From Chara braunii (lineage: Eukaryota > Plantae > Charophyceae): 64,000 bases of DNA. The notes beneath the pieces were generated by a model. That model was not told where the DNA came from and did not search any database. It saw only the letters and a program-made list of their open reading frames with translations. Both the position numbers and the translations under genes were made by a program. Positions 50,771 to 63,689 of the stretch are shown here, piece by piece (position 1 is the stretch's first letter; the number at the start of each line of letters is the position of its first letter). The stretch spans positions 12,264,031 through 12,328,030 of the forward strand of contig BFEA01000001.1 in NCBI GenBank assembly GCA_003427395.1, in the 5' to 3' direction.

Positions 50771-52254
50771 TGTGTCATTCTCGAGTTGTTTCTCGATTTT
50801 TGTTTTTGTTAAACTCCTGCGTGACATGGTCGGGAGGGCTCTCGCTTTTGCGGAAAAAGTGAGAGCCGATGCGCTCGACACAGCGCCCTCCCATATGATA
50901 CCAAACCCCCGCCCAGCGTCCCTGTTGGGCCAAAAACAAGGTAGGCAGTTAGTATACACCAGTAAAGTCGATGGCTCATTCATTCATTCTTACAACAATC
51001 AGTAGCAGAGCTTTCATTGCAAATTTGCATCGGTTGTTAACTCATGCTTTCCGCAGCACACACATCCCCTTCGCAACGCACTTTTCTTTTTGCCATAGTG
51101 CATCAACTTAGCGTGATCTATATAGCTATTTCCCTCTTCCTTTTTTTAGCAGTGTGGACTCCCTTATTTTCACAGTGTACCCTCAATCTCAATTTTCATC
51201 GTTGCGCACCTTTTCTTTTTACTTTCTTCTCAATTGTATTTTCGTCTTGCACCATGCCTGAAGCACGCTGGGGATTGAGAAGAGGGAGAGGTGGAAGAGG
51301 CAGTAAGGGTCGTGAAGAGCCGCCAGTTTGCGTACGACACGATTACAACTCATAGGAGGAGGAGGAAAAAGCGCACGATTATGACGATCACATAAGACCA
51401 TATCCACACCAATCTCTGATTGGGTGGTATGAAATAACTCCATCCCCAACGAGGATGGAGTATTATTAAAAGAAGTTTGAGGCGCTGTCGGCGCGAATAC
51501 CCTTACAAGGGTATCCGCCCTGGTTTTTGCAAGTGACAGATAAATAGCATTGATTTAAAGTTCAAGTATATTGCGCTAAGCGCGGCTGCGTCTGTGACCT
51601 ACACTGACTGGATGGTTGACTATAACAGAGAGTGCGTGGGTGTGCAGGTTTAAGGCGCGCGTGATTCTTTTCTATTGTTGATCATAAAGCCGGCGCGGGC
51701 GCTGTGGAGCCGCGTAGCCGGTCCGTTGGCCCTAAGCGCCGCGTCGCACTGCCTTGTATGGTATTCTGCGGGTGTTGGCCTCAGGCTTGGGCTTAGCCCT
51801 ATTGGCTACGGTGTCAGGTTTGTGAGACGGAGGTTCGAGGCTCGAGGCCAGCGGATGGCAGTGCGGGAGCAATGGAGCGTCGAGGAGGGGGCCGATGGGG
51901 TTGAGGGCCGCTGGGCTATCCCCCTCGGTTTTGTTTACCGGGGCGGCGGTGGGTCTGATCCGCGGGGCTGGTGAGGCGCCAACAGCCCCGCTGTTCCCCG
52001 ACACTATTTTTATTCTTATGTTATTTCTCTTTTTTTCTGTTTTATTTGTCGAGTCCCGATCGAGGGCGCGAGACCACGATGGAATCGCGTGGGGGTGTGT
52101 TGTATTCGTGGGATTGCCTGGAGTGCAAGTACAAACCGTCTTTTCGACTGCGCCGAAGTTAACCCCTTTTTATCTCTACTCCCCTTTATATCTCGGCTTT
52201 CCTTCACCACGTCCCACGTCGGGACGCGGTACCACGGCTGGCGCTGGAACCTAT

Positions 52255-52315
52255 GGGCCTAGCTCAGCGGTATACCCTTGAACTGTTGAAGTACAGGCCT
52301 GAGCTCGAGCCCTGC
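52255..52315 (+). other. tRNA/SINE-like head with A and B boxes
   Basis: gggccTAGCTCAGCGGta..aactgttgaa..cctGAGCTCGAGCC aligns with the SINE head at 1182-1359. Confidence 0.7.
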
Positions 52316-52340
52316 TGGGTGTGCCTTGGGCCCGGGCTGT

Positions 52341-52433
52341 GTCCTTCGGGACATCGGTTGAAATTGGAACGATACAGAGGAGATTAGCACGGTCCCTGCG
52401 CGACAGACGGCCTGTGTAAGTGGAGGATGGCCC
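52341..52433 (+). ncRNA. U6: Divergent near-full-length U6 snRNA-like copy
   Basis: gtccttcgggacatcggttgaaattggaacgatacagaggagattagcacggtccctgcgc (5' UUCG stem-loop, ACAGAG, AGC); diverged 3' part still alignable to tggccc; T4 at 52447-52450. Confidence 0.88.
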
Positions 52434-53414
52434 GACGACCGAGCACTTTTGCTCAGCGTTTGGTAGCCTGTTGGGCTGCGCAGCCTGCGCGGTTCGGGAC
52501 GTCAACAGCGGTAGGAGTAGGCTAGCAGCAGGGAGAAGGGACAGGTGAATCCGGACGGTTTGCCGCGTCAGATGCAAGCGGAGCAAGCAGGCAAGGCGCA
52601 ACAAAAGCAGCACAGCGGGGCAGTGGGATAGCACAGCGACGGCGGAGGGCAAGGAGTAGAAATGGTAGAATGAACCTGGACGGCGGGGCACGCCAGATGC
52701 AGTCGATGTAGAGATGGCAGAAGCAGGAGCCGGGCGCAGCGGAGAACGCACCATACTCCCGGTCCTGAATGGAAACAGGAGGGGAAAGGAGTGATCCCGG
52801 GGTTTTTGTCCCGGACGAATCACATAGAGAGGTTAGTTTTAGATGATAGTTAGTAGAATAGAAGAGATAAAGAGACGGGAGTGCGCCGGGCCTATGGCGG
52901 GCAGCGGGAGGGGTGAGTAAGAAGAAGGGATAACTCGGCCATTTCGCGATAGAAACAGACGAGGAGGGATCCTAATCGGGGGTTCTAAAGTGCGGCGAGT
53001 AGGATGACGGTGGTGGACCGGGAGTTCAAGGGTTAGATTTTGGGTTACGACACTAAGGAGCTGCGCCCCGGGGTGGAGCCAGCAGGGTGAATGCGCCTGG
53101 CCGGGGTTTTACGAAAGATTCATTCCGATTTTGCTCATGCATTCGGAGAGGAGCAGCAGGGAGCGAGCCGAAGGGTTGGAGACCTACCTGTTAACTGGCG
53201 CGTGATCGAGCGGGTGGCATCCGCATGAGTGAGGAGGGAGCAAGCACGTACCTTCGAAACTGGCGGTGAGAGGATGAACCTGACCACGTATGTGGACGGA
53301 TTCACTCAATGTTTCATATTCTGTCGAGACGAATAGCCGGACGACATCAGCGGGGTCGGAGACTTACCTATAGACCCATGCGTTGCTCCGTTGTTGGTTG
53401 GGGCTCGCGTATAC

Positions 53415-53418
<4 letters not shown>

Positions 53419-53471
<53 letters not shown>
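53419..53471. repeat. (GA)n microsatellite
   Basis: Seen directly. Confidence 0.95.
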
Positions 53472-53473
<2 letters not shown>

Positions 53474-56400
53474 CAAGTAGAGAGGAGAGAGGGGAAGGTA
53501 CCCGCCTGCTGCCCGTGACGGTCCCAACTAGGCTGTCACAACCAAGATGCCTGCGGCTGCCCGATCTTGTGGTCGAGACCAGGGGTGTCGGGGCTTTCTA
53601 GAACGACGTCGCCATTCGTTATTCTGATCGAGCTTATCATGTGCTGTGATGATTGGGGCGCGACTAATGCAGGCCAGACTGTGTCGAGGGCTGCGGCTAG
53701 CCTACACCTGGCCGGTCAAGCTGGTTTCCGACAGCGGGGGAGGCGTACCTGCCATTCAGGGAGGTAGATCTTACGGGTAATGCGCATCAGAGACTGAGCA
53801 ACTGCGTGTTGCCAAGCGGCGCCGGTGAAAGTACCATGGCCTTCTTGAGCATGGACTACTGCCTATCCCACCCCTAATATGGGGCAACAGAACATAAGGT
53901 TCCATCATAGACGTGTGACGCGCAACCTCACGCCCTGTGCTGTCTTTCGTTCGGAGTGCTAGAGGTGCGGAAAAAGAGGCCCAGAAAAACAGCAAGATGG
54001 GGTGTGCCAAGGATTTTTGAAAATTGAGTGTGGGGACACAGACGAAACTGAAATCCCCCGTGTTGGTCCGATGGAGTAAGTCGACCGTTTTTCGCACGTC
54101 GCAAGATGCGCGCGAGAGTTCGGCGCGAAAGGAGGGAGAAATACAAATTCAATCCAAAAAGTAATACCTGACTTCCCACCGTGCTACGGCTCTTCGTTTA
54201 GAGCAAAAAGGCTTCGGCACGCTTCGCGTGTCTCGTCTTCGTATTAAGTCCCGACGTCGTTCACAAGTCAGTTCTGAGTCCGACGTGGAGGGTCTCACTC
54301 GTGTGGCTCTTTCTCTATGCTCGTCTTTACTCCGTACGCAGTAGTGGAAACCCTTGGATTCATAGCGCTCAAAGCGCTGACACTCGGTGCATAGAGTGCG
54401 AGGCTAGTGGGGTTCTACTGCCGCCCACGGGATGACGATCAACTCGTTGAATGGCAACAATACCGAGTAAGGTGGAAAGTGTGTATCGATAATGACAAAC
54501 CCAGCCTCTACGAACCCTGAACAACGATTTTCCGGAGGGAAGTAATATTGTCCGCCGATCCGTGCGACCGCTTCTCGTACGTCCCGCTCGCATACACGTG
54601 TCATTTCCTCGTCGTAAGGAAAAGGTCGCGTTGAGACGGGAGATACGGGAGGCTGACGCCCGATCGAAGGGCGCTTGTCAGTCCACATGTCAATCAATTG
54701 CAAAAATCCCGAGATGTCATCAAGGAAAAACACTCGCACAACCACCAATCAACTCTTTTCGACACGAGAGAGAGAAAATACTCATCAGCTTGATCATGCA
54801 TGTAAATGAGGGACCGACCCGCGACTCAGGTTTAGTAAGCCACCGCGGCGTTGACCCCAGGCGCCTTGTTTCTCGAGGCTGCCCTGTAGATCGGTTGCAG
54901 ATGTCGTGCAGCATAAGGCAGATGAAATGCGCAGTGCATTCAAAACTACAGATCTAAACACTCTTGCATTCTCGAACGAAATCCCGCCGAGTGTGGCGTC
55001 TAATCAATACAAAAAGGCAAGCATCCCCATACATACATTCACTGCGAAAGGTGCGAAAACGACCGGGGTGCACAAGTCGAAAATCAACCGAGGGAATTGT
55101 ACACACGCATCTACCGTTCACAAGACAAAAGGATCAATTCCTCGACATCTGGGAATTACCCAGGAAATTAATGGAAGAGTTCCGGAAGGAGTTCCTTCAC
55201 ACAAGAGAGCACACAAATTCATTCTCATTCATGAGAGGGACAAGCATCAAGAGACATCATCATTCAAAGATAGAGGTGAGAAAGAGACGAGAGAGGAAGG
55301 TCGAGATAGGAGATGACAAGATCCGAAAAGAGGAAGTTCGGCGTTGCCACCGTACACTCACGCGAGAGATAAAGATCCGCAACAACAAAGGCGCATTCGC
55401 AGTGAATTCCAATATGGCCCCGGGCCATTCACCCACTTAACTTCAATCATCGATCCTCATGCCCGCACCGACGATCCCGGCCGTCGCGTGCTAACTCCCA
55501 CCACTGCGATCGTCACCCTACCGACGTAAACTCGACGCGGTTCGCCCAGATCCCACAGTCCGTTGTGGCGATCAAGCGCTCAACCGGCCAGCCTATCGTC
55601 AGCCCGACAGGACTTTCCGACTCGCACCAAACACTCTGCCTAGCCACTACTTCCCGGAAGTTGGCTTGGGAGTCGAGAACGTAGGAGAGATTTGCGTGCG
55701 CGTTTGCGGAATTTATAGTAGCGAGAAGGGGGGCAAGGGAGAGAGAAAGCAGGGGGAAAATCGAAGTGTAAGAAAAGAAGCAGGAGGAGAAGACTTGGCG
55801 AGGAGCGCGCTACGGAAGCCATGTTGATCCTTCGGGACTCTGAGCTTCGCCAATCAGATTCGTCGCGCAATAGGCAGATCTTATCGTACCACGCGTCTGA
55901 TTGGTGGGCGAGAGTAATCGAAGGATCGACCGGGTTTTCGATTCACGTTCGGAAGGCGAAAGGAAAAAAGGCGCGAGAAGTAGCGCAAGACGGGTCCAAG
56001 ATTCATATGATCAAGAAAGGAAAATGGGCGCGCAATCGATCAGAGCGGGAGAGAGAGAGGGAAAACAGTTACGAGAAGGGAGGATGAGAGGGGGGGGAGG
56101 AGGAAAGAGCGCGGGAGAGAACGATGAGGGAAACAGAACAGGGGGGGGGGGAGAAGAAAGCTTCGTATGCGTGGCGCCGTCAACAAAAAAGAAAAAGAAA
56201 AAGGCACCGAAACAGTTACAGCTTGCCTATGTCATAAACCAATTCAAAATTGAAATTACCATATCCGGAGCGCGAAAAGGACAACGTGGGAAAAGAAAGT
56301 CCAACGCCTATTCGTATCCTTACAAAATTCCGAGAGTTTTCCCCAACGCAACCGAGAACATTCACACGCAAAAAGGACACGTCGAAGTTTCGCTTATCCC

Positions 56401-56699
56401 GGAATTCCCAACTACCGGGCCCAATTCCCAGTGCGCTCGCTAAGGCGCGCGTAAATTCCTATGCATTTCCCGAATTGCAAAAGAAAAAGCAGAACCGAAG
56501 AATTACAAAAAGCTTTCGGAAGATGGGGGCCCAAAACGCGGCGCCCGAAATCAAGAAAACAAACGAGGTGCTTGTAGGGTCGGTATGATACAAGAAAGAT
56601 TCAAACCAAAGGGGTACGAAAGATAGCATGGGTTTGGGAAGTAGTTCGCCACATACGTAACGCTCATACCACCCCCCCCCCCGGACCACTTTCTACTGC

Positions 56700-58622
56700 C
56701 CTCCTACTGCGGAGACAGAACTGATTGCCATGCTACTTACTCATCACTCAACAGCCAAGTATCCAATTTCAATCTATTGTTCTCAACTTTCGCTAGCTGT
56801 CCCTGGATTATAAATGTCTCAAAGAACTGGATCAACCCGCTCTTGATGTGGAGCAAGTTGGAAACTTCTGAGCACCAACTACTTTTTATCGTTCGCCAAA
56901 TATGAGTTTGGTTGCCTCTTTGATGGCCTTATTTGATATGAACCTGCCTTTGAATGTTCTCATTCCTCACTTTCCGAGTCACCAGGGACAGGCAAGCTCT
57001 TAAGGTTTGAGCCATATAACCCCACCCCTTATCTAGGGGCAAGTATGCAAGGACCCTTCCAAACAGAATCCAATTGTCATCCCATGGAAAGATCGAGCTA
57101 CTAATATGATCCGAATGTTGTCTCCACCAAGTCCAGATTTGCAAAACAAGTACACAATGTAACCAAAGGTCTGTGGTGGACTCGAAGGGCTATTTACATA
57201 TTGAGCACTGAATCTGGATTTTCATTCCCCTTTCAACGAGCCACGTAGTCAAATGAGTTGCATGGATAGCAGTTAAAGTAGGGTTGCAGGTTTGGGCATA
57301 GGAGCCTTACGCAGCGGGGAACAATGTGTTCAGATGTCTCGATTAATCACTTTTGCTTCGACTGTGCAGACTTGTGACCACCTAACCGGCGCTACAGAAA
57401 GCGGGGTTCTACCCATTTGCAGCACATTCGTCTATATTGTGTAGATTTAGGATTCATCATCCCTGTAAAATCCAATTACTTGTACTTGGAAAAGGCTACC
57501 CAGTTGATTGTTCGTACTTTATTGAGAGTCATCTTCATAACACACCAAGTCCTCAATGGCTTGTTCGGTCTTTATATACTTGAAAGGTTTTAGGCCCATC
57601 CTCTTTGAACGCTACTAGTTTCTAAACGAATGTAGTTCCGGGGGATGACAGTCTGCAAGCAGGCTGATCTTTCTTCCACTTATCCCCGTTTGCCAAGTTT
57701 TTGCTTCATGTTTAATGATAATCATTGCTCTACCACACTACCCCAAATGTAAGAAATTATGAGTACCCTCCTCGCAATCCAAAACTTTCATAAGGGCGTT
57801 AATTTTCTCCCCAAATTGATGGATTACCAAGTAGTGGTCGAGCAAGAATCCAAACTTTTGGACCAACCTTTCTCGAAACAGTCAAAACATATTGCCAGGA
57901 TGACGAGGAGGAATGTCCCCAAAAAAAAAATAATGTCATGCAAAGATCCATACATCAAAAGGACGAGAGATGTCTCAATCGTTGGCCATAATTTGTTCAG
58001 TCGCGGGGTCTAAATAATTGTCCTTTGTGCAAGAGATTGATTTAATTATCCATTTTACTAACATGGTTGAATTGTGGTGTGCAAGGTCTAACATTACCAA
58101 CCCCTCATCCTTGCGAAGAAAACTAATTAATTCTCATACAACTTTTAAGACGAATTTTGCACCCTCTTTCCCGAATTGTTTCCATAAAAAACTTTAGGGT
58201 CATTATGCTCACCACTTTGAGTAACTGTTTTTTCGAACCCCCTAACCACACAGTAGGTAAAAAAGAGTCACATTTGCTACAAATATTCGACCAAACAAGG
58301 AATAGTGTTGTGTAGGACTCCAACCCGAGATTTACCGCACAACTTTCTGTTCCAAAAAGTTGTTATGGATGTCAATACACCTTCCCAAAGTGAATCACAC
58401 ACCCAAGTATTGCCTAGACTGCCCGCAAGCTACTTGCTTCATGCCCCACTCTACTGTTTGAAAGGAATTAAGTTTATTTGTTACAATTTACAACAAACTC
58501 AAATAGGTTTGTTCCGTCAGACATATTTTCAGTGTGAATCATTCACTGTGTTTTCCGAGATGCTCACCAAATCATCGACTAAAGTCGTTATTTTATATTC
58601 TGAATGTTGAACAGGCAAAGCT
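56700..58622 (-). mobile_element. Degenerate L1-like LINE ORF2 3' fragment
   Basis: Minus strand YLGV (~58405), RKDEGLV (~58105), and zinc finger CSICK*PFESTTDLWLHCVLVLQIWTWW (~57130-57210). Confidence 0.75.
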
Positions 58623-58626
58623 TTAA

Positions 58627-59034
58627 GCCACAGGTTCCCCCGCCACCGAAAACCCCAGTCCTTGTGAGTTAGGGCCGGGTTGTACGGAGCGGCGGCGACC
58701 GTACGGAGGCGTCGGGTTGTACGGAGGCCGACGGGTCCAATCCCGCCATTTTGCAAGCGGCAACTTTGCCAATTTTTTGTGCTCAGAAGAAGTCATGAAA
58801 ATATCTGAAAATTTGAGGGTCCATAGATTAGGTCGTGATCTTTCAAGAAAAAATATCAGAAAAAAAAAATCATTTTGACGGTGAAATATTCACCGCGCCG
58901 ATTCGGTTTATTTCCATTTTTTGTCGCAAATTTCGTATGGAGGCCCGCCCGGTTTTCCACGCTGTACGACCGGTACCCATTGTGAAACGGCACTACCGGT
59001 ACCCCGAGGTTTTTGACGTCAGGGGACCTGTGGT
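58627..59034. mobile_element. TTAA-targeting MITE (piggyBac/Kolobok-like)
   Basis: ttaa|gccacaggttcccc ... ggggacctgtggt|ttaa; second family member at 10309-10701. Confidence 0.85.
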
Positions 59035-61124
59035 TTAATGTGGTGTTGAAACCTAATATTACTAACTAGTACTTCCAATTTCAAGATGAAGAGAGGACGG
59101 ATAAAGGAGCATCCTTGCCTCAGGGGCCTAGTAGGTTGGAAGAGGGTCGAGTTATGGTCATTGATTGCGATTGAAGTAGTTAAAAAAACATAAAAAACAA
59201 ATATTTATCTGCAAAAGTTTTGGTAAATCTTAAGAAACTTGATAGTAGTTCGAACGTGAGTCCAACTTACTTTATTAAATGTTTTTTTTAAGTCCAGAAG
59301 GAGCATTGCCTAGTGAACGTTTTCACAATAAACCCACTCAAAAAAATTTATAGCAATAGCCAATGTAGAGCCCAGGCGGAAGTACAGGCTGAAAACTTAG
59401 AGATTTTATCGTTTGAATGAATGATTTTTATTGAGATTTTACCTTACAAGTTTTCGTGAGGTTGTCTGTCTATTCGACTGTTTGAGGTATGTATATATTA
59501 TGGGAGGGTTTTTATGGGATTGGTCGACCTTCATGTTGCGACTTGTATCGGTCTATTACCGTTGTTTGCAAGTAATAGCTTTATTTGGCAAATCGACACG
59601 GTATATTCTTAGCACCTCATCCACCGCTGTTTTCTAACAATAGAGTGTCAATGCTAGTACAAGTAGACATTTGTTGAGGACCGCAATCAACCACTGCTGT
59701 CATCTATACTTACTTTATTTTTTTTTGTTTTACTGTTGATGATAATTTTAATTTACCAATTGCGATAAAAAAAATATAGTAACAGTTAGCGCCATTCACA
59801 ATCGTCAGTAATAGTTGTTGTGACTTTCGTGGTTATAGTGACCATTATAGGATCATCTCACAATTAACTGTATAAAATATCAACAACGGACCACTGCTGT
59901 CAACAACAATGTACTGTCGTAGAGTACATTGGTTAGTTGTTGTTGTTAATTACAGTAGTCGTTTCCAAAACAATTATAAGTTATCTATGGTCGTAATTGG
60001 CAGAGGTTCATTGTTGTCGAAGGTAGTAAACTGCTACTACAACAACAGTACCCTGCTCTAAATATCAGCAGTTAGTCGTAGCAGTTCATAGTAGTACGTT
60101 GGCCTAAAAGTGATACATAAATATTATTGTTGACCTCATCCGAAATCAAGCATTAAGTGTTATTGTTTCAACCATTATAACAACAATAGTCAATGGATAA
60201 CGACGACAAAAACAGCATCAAGGACCCCTATAGCAACGTAAAGGTAATCAACATCTATAGTAGCAACAATGTTTGTTTGCTACTGTTGCATTGTGCATTC
60301 ACAATCAATGTACATAATTGCAGGTGCAACCTCCAGTGGTTGTCCTTAGTATATGCAAACTTGTGATAGTTTTCTCATCTTCCTCTTATTACCGCATTCT
60401 GTTGCTTAGTAGGAATTTAAGTTTCATTAGACCGGAGTTCCTTAAACAGGAGTCAAAAACGTTTCCAATAGTCAAATCGTACAACTAGAGCAGATGAGGT
60501 ATTTACAATTTGTCTCAGACTGAAGAGCCTACTAGGATTATCTCACTCTTCTAAGGCCAAAGATGCATAATTGTTTATTTTCTCGTATTTTTATTTGACT
60601 GCATTGAATGTCTAAGAGCATGTATGACTTGGAAGGTTTGTCGGACGACCTCTACTCTCCCCGGGCGTGCCTGCCGGTCAAACATAGGTTCATAAATGAC
60701 AATGAATTATTGTTGCAAGCAATATCAATAATATGTAGTCGAATTGTCGTTGTCAATAATAATATACCATTGCAAACGTTATGTGGTACACTACTGTTGA
60801 CATTATAAATTCAGTTAAGAAATAACGTAAAATTAATGTTGTTCGTTGCATTTCGGAATTAGTTGCAAAATATCGTCATTAACATCAGTGGATCGTCGTA
60901 GGAGTAATAGTCACCTACTGTCGTCGGCATGATTGTCACCTACTGTCGGCGACATGACTATTATCCTCGGCAGTGGTGACAATAGATAGGGATAGCAACC
61001 AAAACACTTATCATGATCTTAATATTATCCAGTTAAATTTGTCCATATGTTTGGTTACCCTCATGGCTGACTGAAAGTGTTCAAAGAGTAACGAAAATAA
61101 AAAACTTATAAAGTCGTTGAGCGT

Positions 61125-61477
61125 ATTGGTTCCGCAGGGGGACCCTCCTGGCCGAGTCACGCAGGATTTGGCTGTGCCTATCGAACGCAGACAAAGATGC
61201 ACCTGCGACCGAGTGCGTCAGTCATACCTCTCATGAACCCCTATGACAGGATAGGGTCACGGGAGGTACAACTTACCTCTACCCAAGGGGCTGTCACCAC
61301 CCTTAGGTACACGTATCCCCGCCGAGCTGTTGCGCCACATTCGAGGCCCTCTTTATACGCAATACGGAGAGGTGGCCCAACCGAGGGCATTTCTCGTTTG
61401 CTGTAGCATAGAAGGTAAATGTGGTCGACGCCTGAATTGGACCCGTGTGCGAATCGATGCTTGAGGCGCTGATCTCC
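61125..61477 (-). ncRNA. Structured RNA module b (copy 4)
   Basis: gggaccctcctggccgagtcacgcagga...gagggcatttctcgtttgctgtagcatag aligns with the 24747 and 25255 copies. Confidence 0.55.
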
Positions 61478-62853
61478 CAAGCGCGATTCTGCGTCAATGG
61501 ACTCGAATGATCAGTCTAACCACGTGATACTTCTCTTAAAAAACTCGAGCTCACATGCAGTTCGTGCCTAGTCTCTTTTTCAGCTTGACCCATAACTCTT
61601 TTATATATGAATAAGTAAACGTCGTGTGTGAGACTTCAAATAAATAGTGTGGCGATGCAAATCTCTTCATGTCGACTAGCTATGCATGAATATGCAAGTA
61701 ATCGCAATGATGGGGAATGCTATGTGGTGCCCATAAGCATACGATCCGTTTTGAAATATGAGATCCCATTCAATGCTCAGGTGTCGGCTAAAACGCACGT
61801 CAAGGAGTCAGTCCCTTAGCGAGCGCAGAAGAGGACTGAGCATTATGTCATCTTTTGCACCCTGTTGTGCCCCAAAGCGAGATCCATTTAAGATGGCGCT
61901 GAGGGCAGAAGGAAATTAGAGTGATGGAGAGTTGTCCGGCGTACCACAAGTAGTGCGCTAACCCTTATACCCTAAATTGTATCCTTTGACAAAAAATACA
62001 AGTTAACAATGAGGCTTAACAGAACCTGACTTTTCTCTTAACCCAACTCACTAAAACATTATGCATGGTCAATCAACTGTGAGAGTGCATAAGGTGTAAT
62101 CATAGTGGGTTATTAAACATGAGTCGATCACCCTCACAATCATAGTTTACCTCCTTAAAAAATGCAAGCGCGATTCTGCGTCGATTGACTCGAACGATCT
62201 GTCTAACCACGCGATACTTCTCTTAGAAAACTTGAGTTCATATGCAGTTCGTGCCTAGTTTCTTTTTCAACTTGATCCATAACTCTTCGGCACATGAATA
62301 AGTAAACGTCATGTGTGAGACTTCAAATAAATAGTGTGGTGATGTAAACCTCTTCATATCGACTAGCTATGCATGAATATGTAAGTAATCGCAATGATGG
62401 TGTGCTATGCAGTGCCGATAACCATACGATCAGTTCTGAAATATAAGATCGCATTCAACGCTCATTTGTTGGTTAAAACGCACGTCAAGGGGTTAGTCCC
62501 TTAGCGAGCGTAGAAGCAGACTAGCATTATATCATCTTCTGCACCCTGATGTGCCCCAAAGCGGGATCCATTTAAGATGGCGTGGAGGGCAGAATGAAAT
62601 TAGAGTGGTGGTAAGTAGTTTGGCAGACTACAAGCAGTGTGCTAACCCGTATACCCAAAACTTTATCCTTCCACAAAAAATACAAATTAACAATGAGGTT
62701 TGACATAATCTGACTTTTCTCTTAACCCAACTCACTAAAACATGGTACATGATTAATCAATCGTGGGAGTGCATAAGGTGTAACCATAGTGGGTCATTAA
62801 ACATGGGCGGATCACCCTCACAATCATAGTTTACATCCTTCAAAAATGCAAGC
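61478..62853. repeat. ~688-bp tandem duplication (diverged copies)
   Basis: caagcgcgattctgcgtc at 61478 and ~62165; both units end aaaaatgcaagcg. Confidence 0.92.
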
Positions 62854-63689
62854 GACCGTAGATAAATCAAATCCTGAATCCAAATTGTAAGCATATCTGC
62901 AGTCACACGAAATTTCAACATTGCAGACCAAACACGAAAGAGAGTCAACTATTACCACTCTCTGCACTCACACTCTTTGCCTTATCCACAGAATCCTCAA
63001 CCTTTGTAAAACCTTCCCAAAAAGAAAATACTCCGTCTTTTTTAAATGGTTATTTAAATAAAGTATCTGTAAAACCCAATAAAACAATTCGACCCACGGT
63101 GGCTAAGGCCTCAGGTTGAGTCGTGAGAGTGGAACAAAGTTGAGCCGTGAACGAGCATATCATCAAAAAATAACAAAAGTAATGGATCCTTATAAGATAA
63201 GACTGAGACTAGTTAAACCTTAATTCAAAATGAAAGAAAATGACATTTAAGTTATCTGCCTAAAAAAACTCGCATAGATTTAACAAAGTTTCTGCCATCG
63301 ATGGGGCAAATTTTCCACAAAGATTTTTGCGCGGATTATAGGTTGCAATCCCACTTGCCATCTTCATCTTATACACAAGTGGTTATCGGGTACCTGAAAT
63401 TTCGTAGATGAAAATTGTGAAGTGGAAAATTTGAGTTGTTTTGTTTGTCATAAAAATCATGTTTGGATCATGAATTCGGGAGGAAACCATTGACGCTTAT
63501 AGTGGAAAGATTTCGTAAAATGTTTTAGTTATATCGAGAACAGTCTTAAAAAATTATGTCTTAAAACTTCTATATTTTTCACCCGCCTGAAGAGTTCTGT
63601 GTTTTTCGTCCACCTCAAAGTTTCATATCCTCTTCTTGAACACTTAATGCATTTTTTATGATTTCGAGCCCTATAAATTTTCATGATTT

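Larger units (their letters stand above)
51481..53300 (+). mobile_element. Unclassified element: module c, tRNA-like units, U6-like copy and GC-rich region; inverted homolog of ~36500-38722
   Basis: Collinear reverse-complement similarity at 51481-51690, 51790-51930 and 52820-53060. Confidence 0.6.

Noticed and set aside
53516-56682. Possible ~3.1-kb minus-strand LTR with a G-run PPT at 56670-56682 and TATA at ~55715
   Set aside because: Only TGA/TCA termini; no partner LTR or TSD in the window
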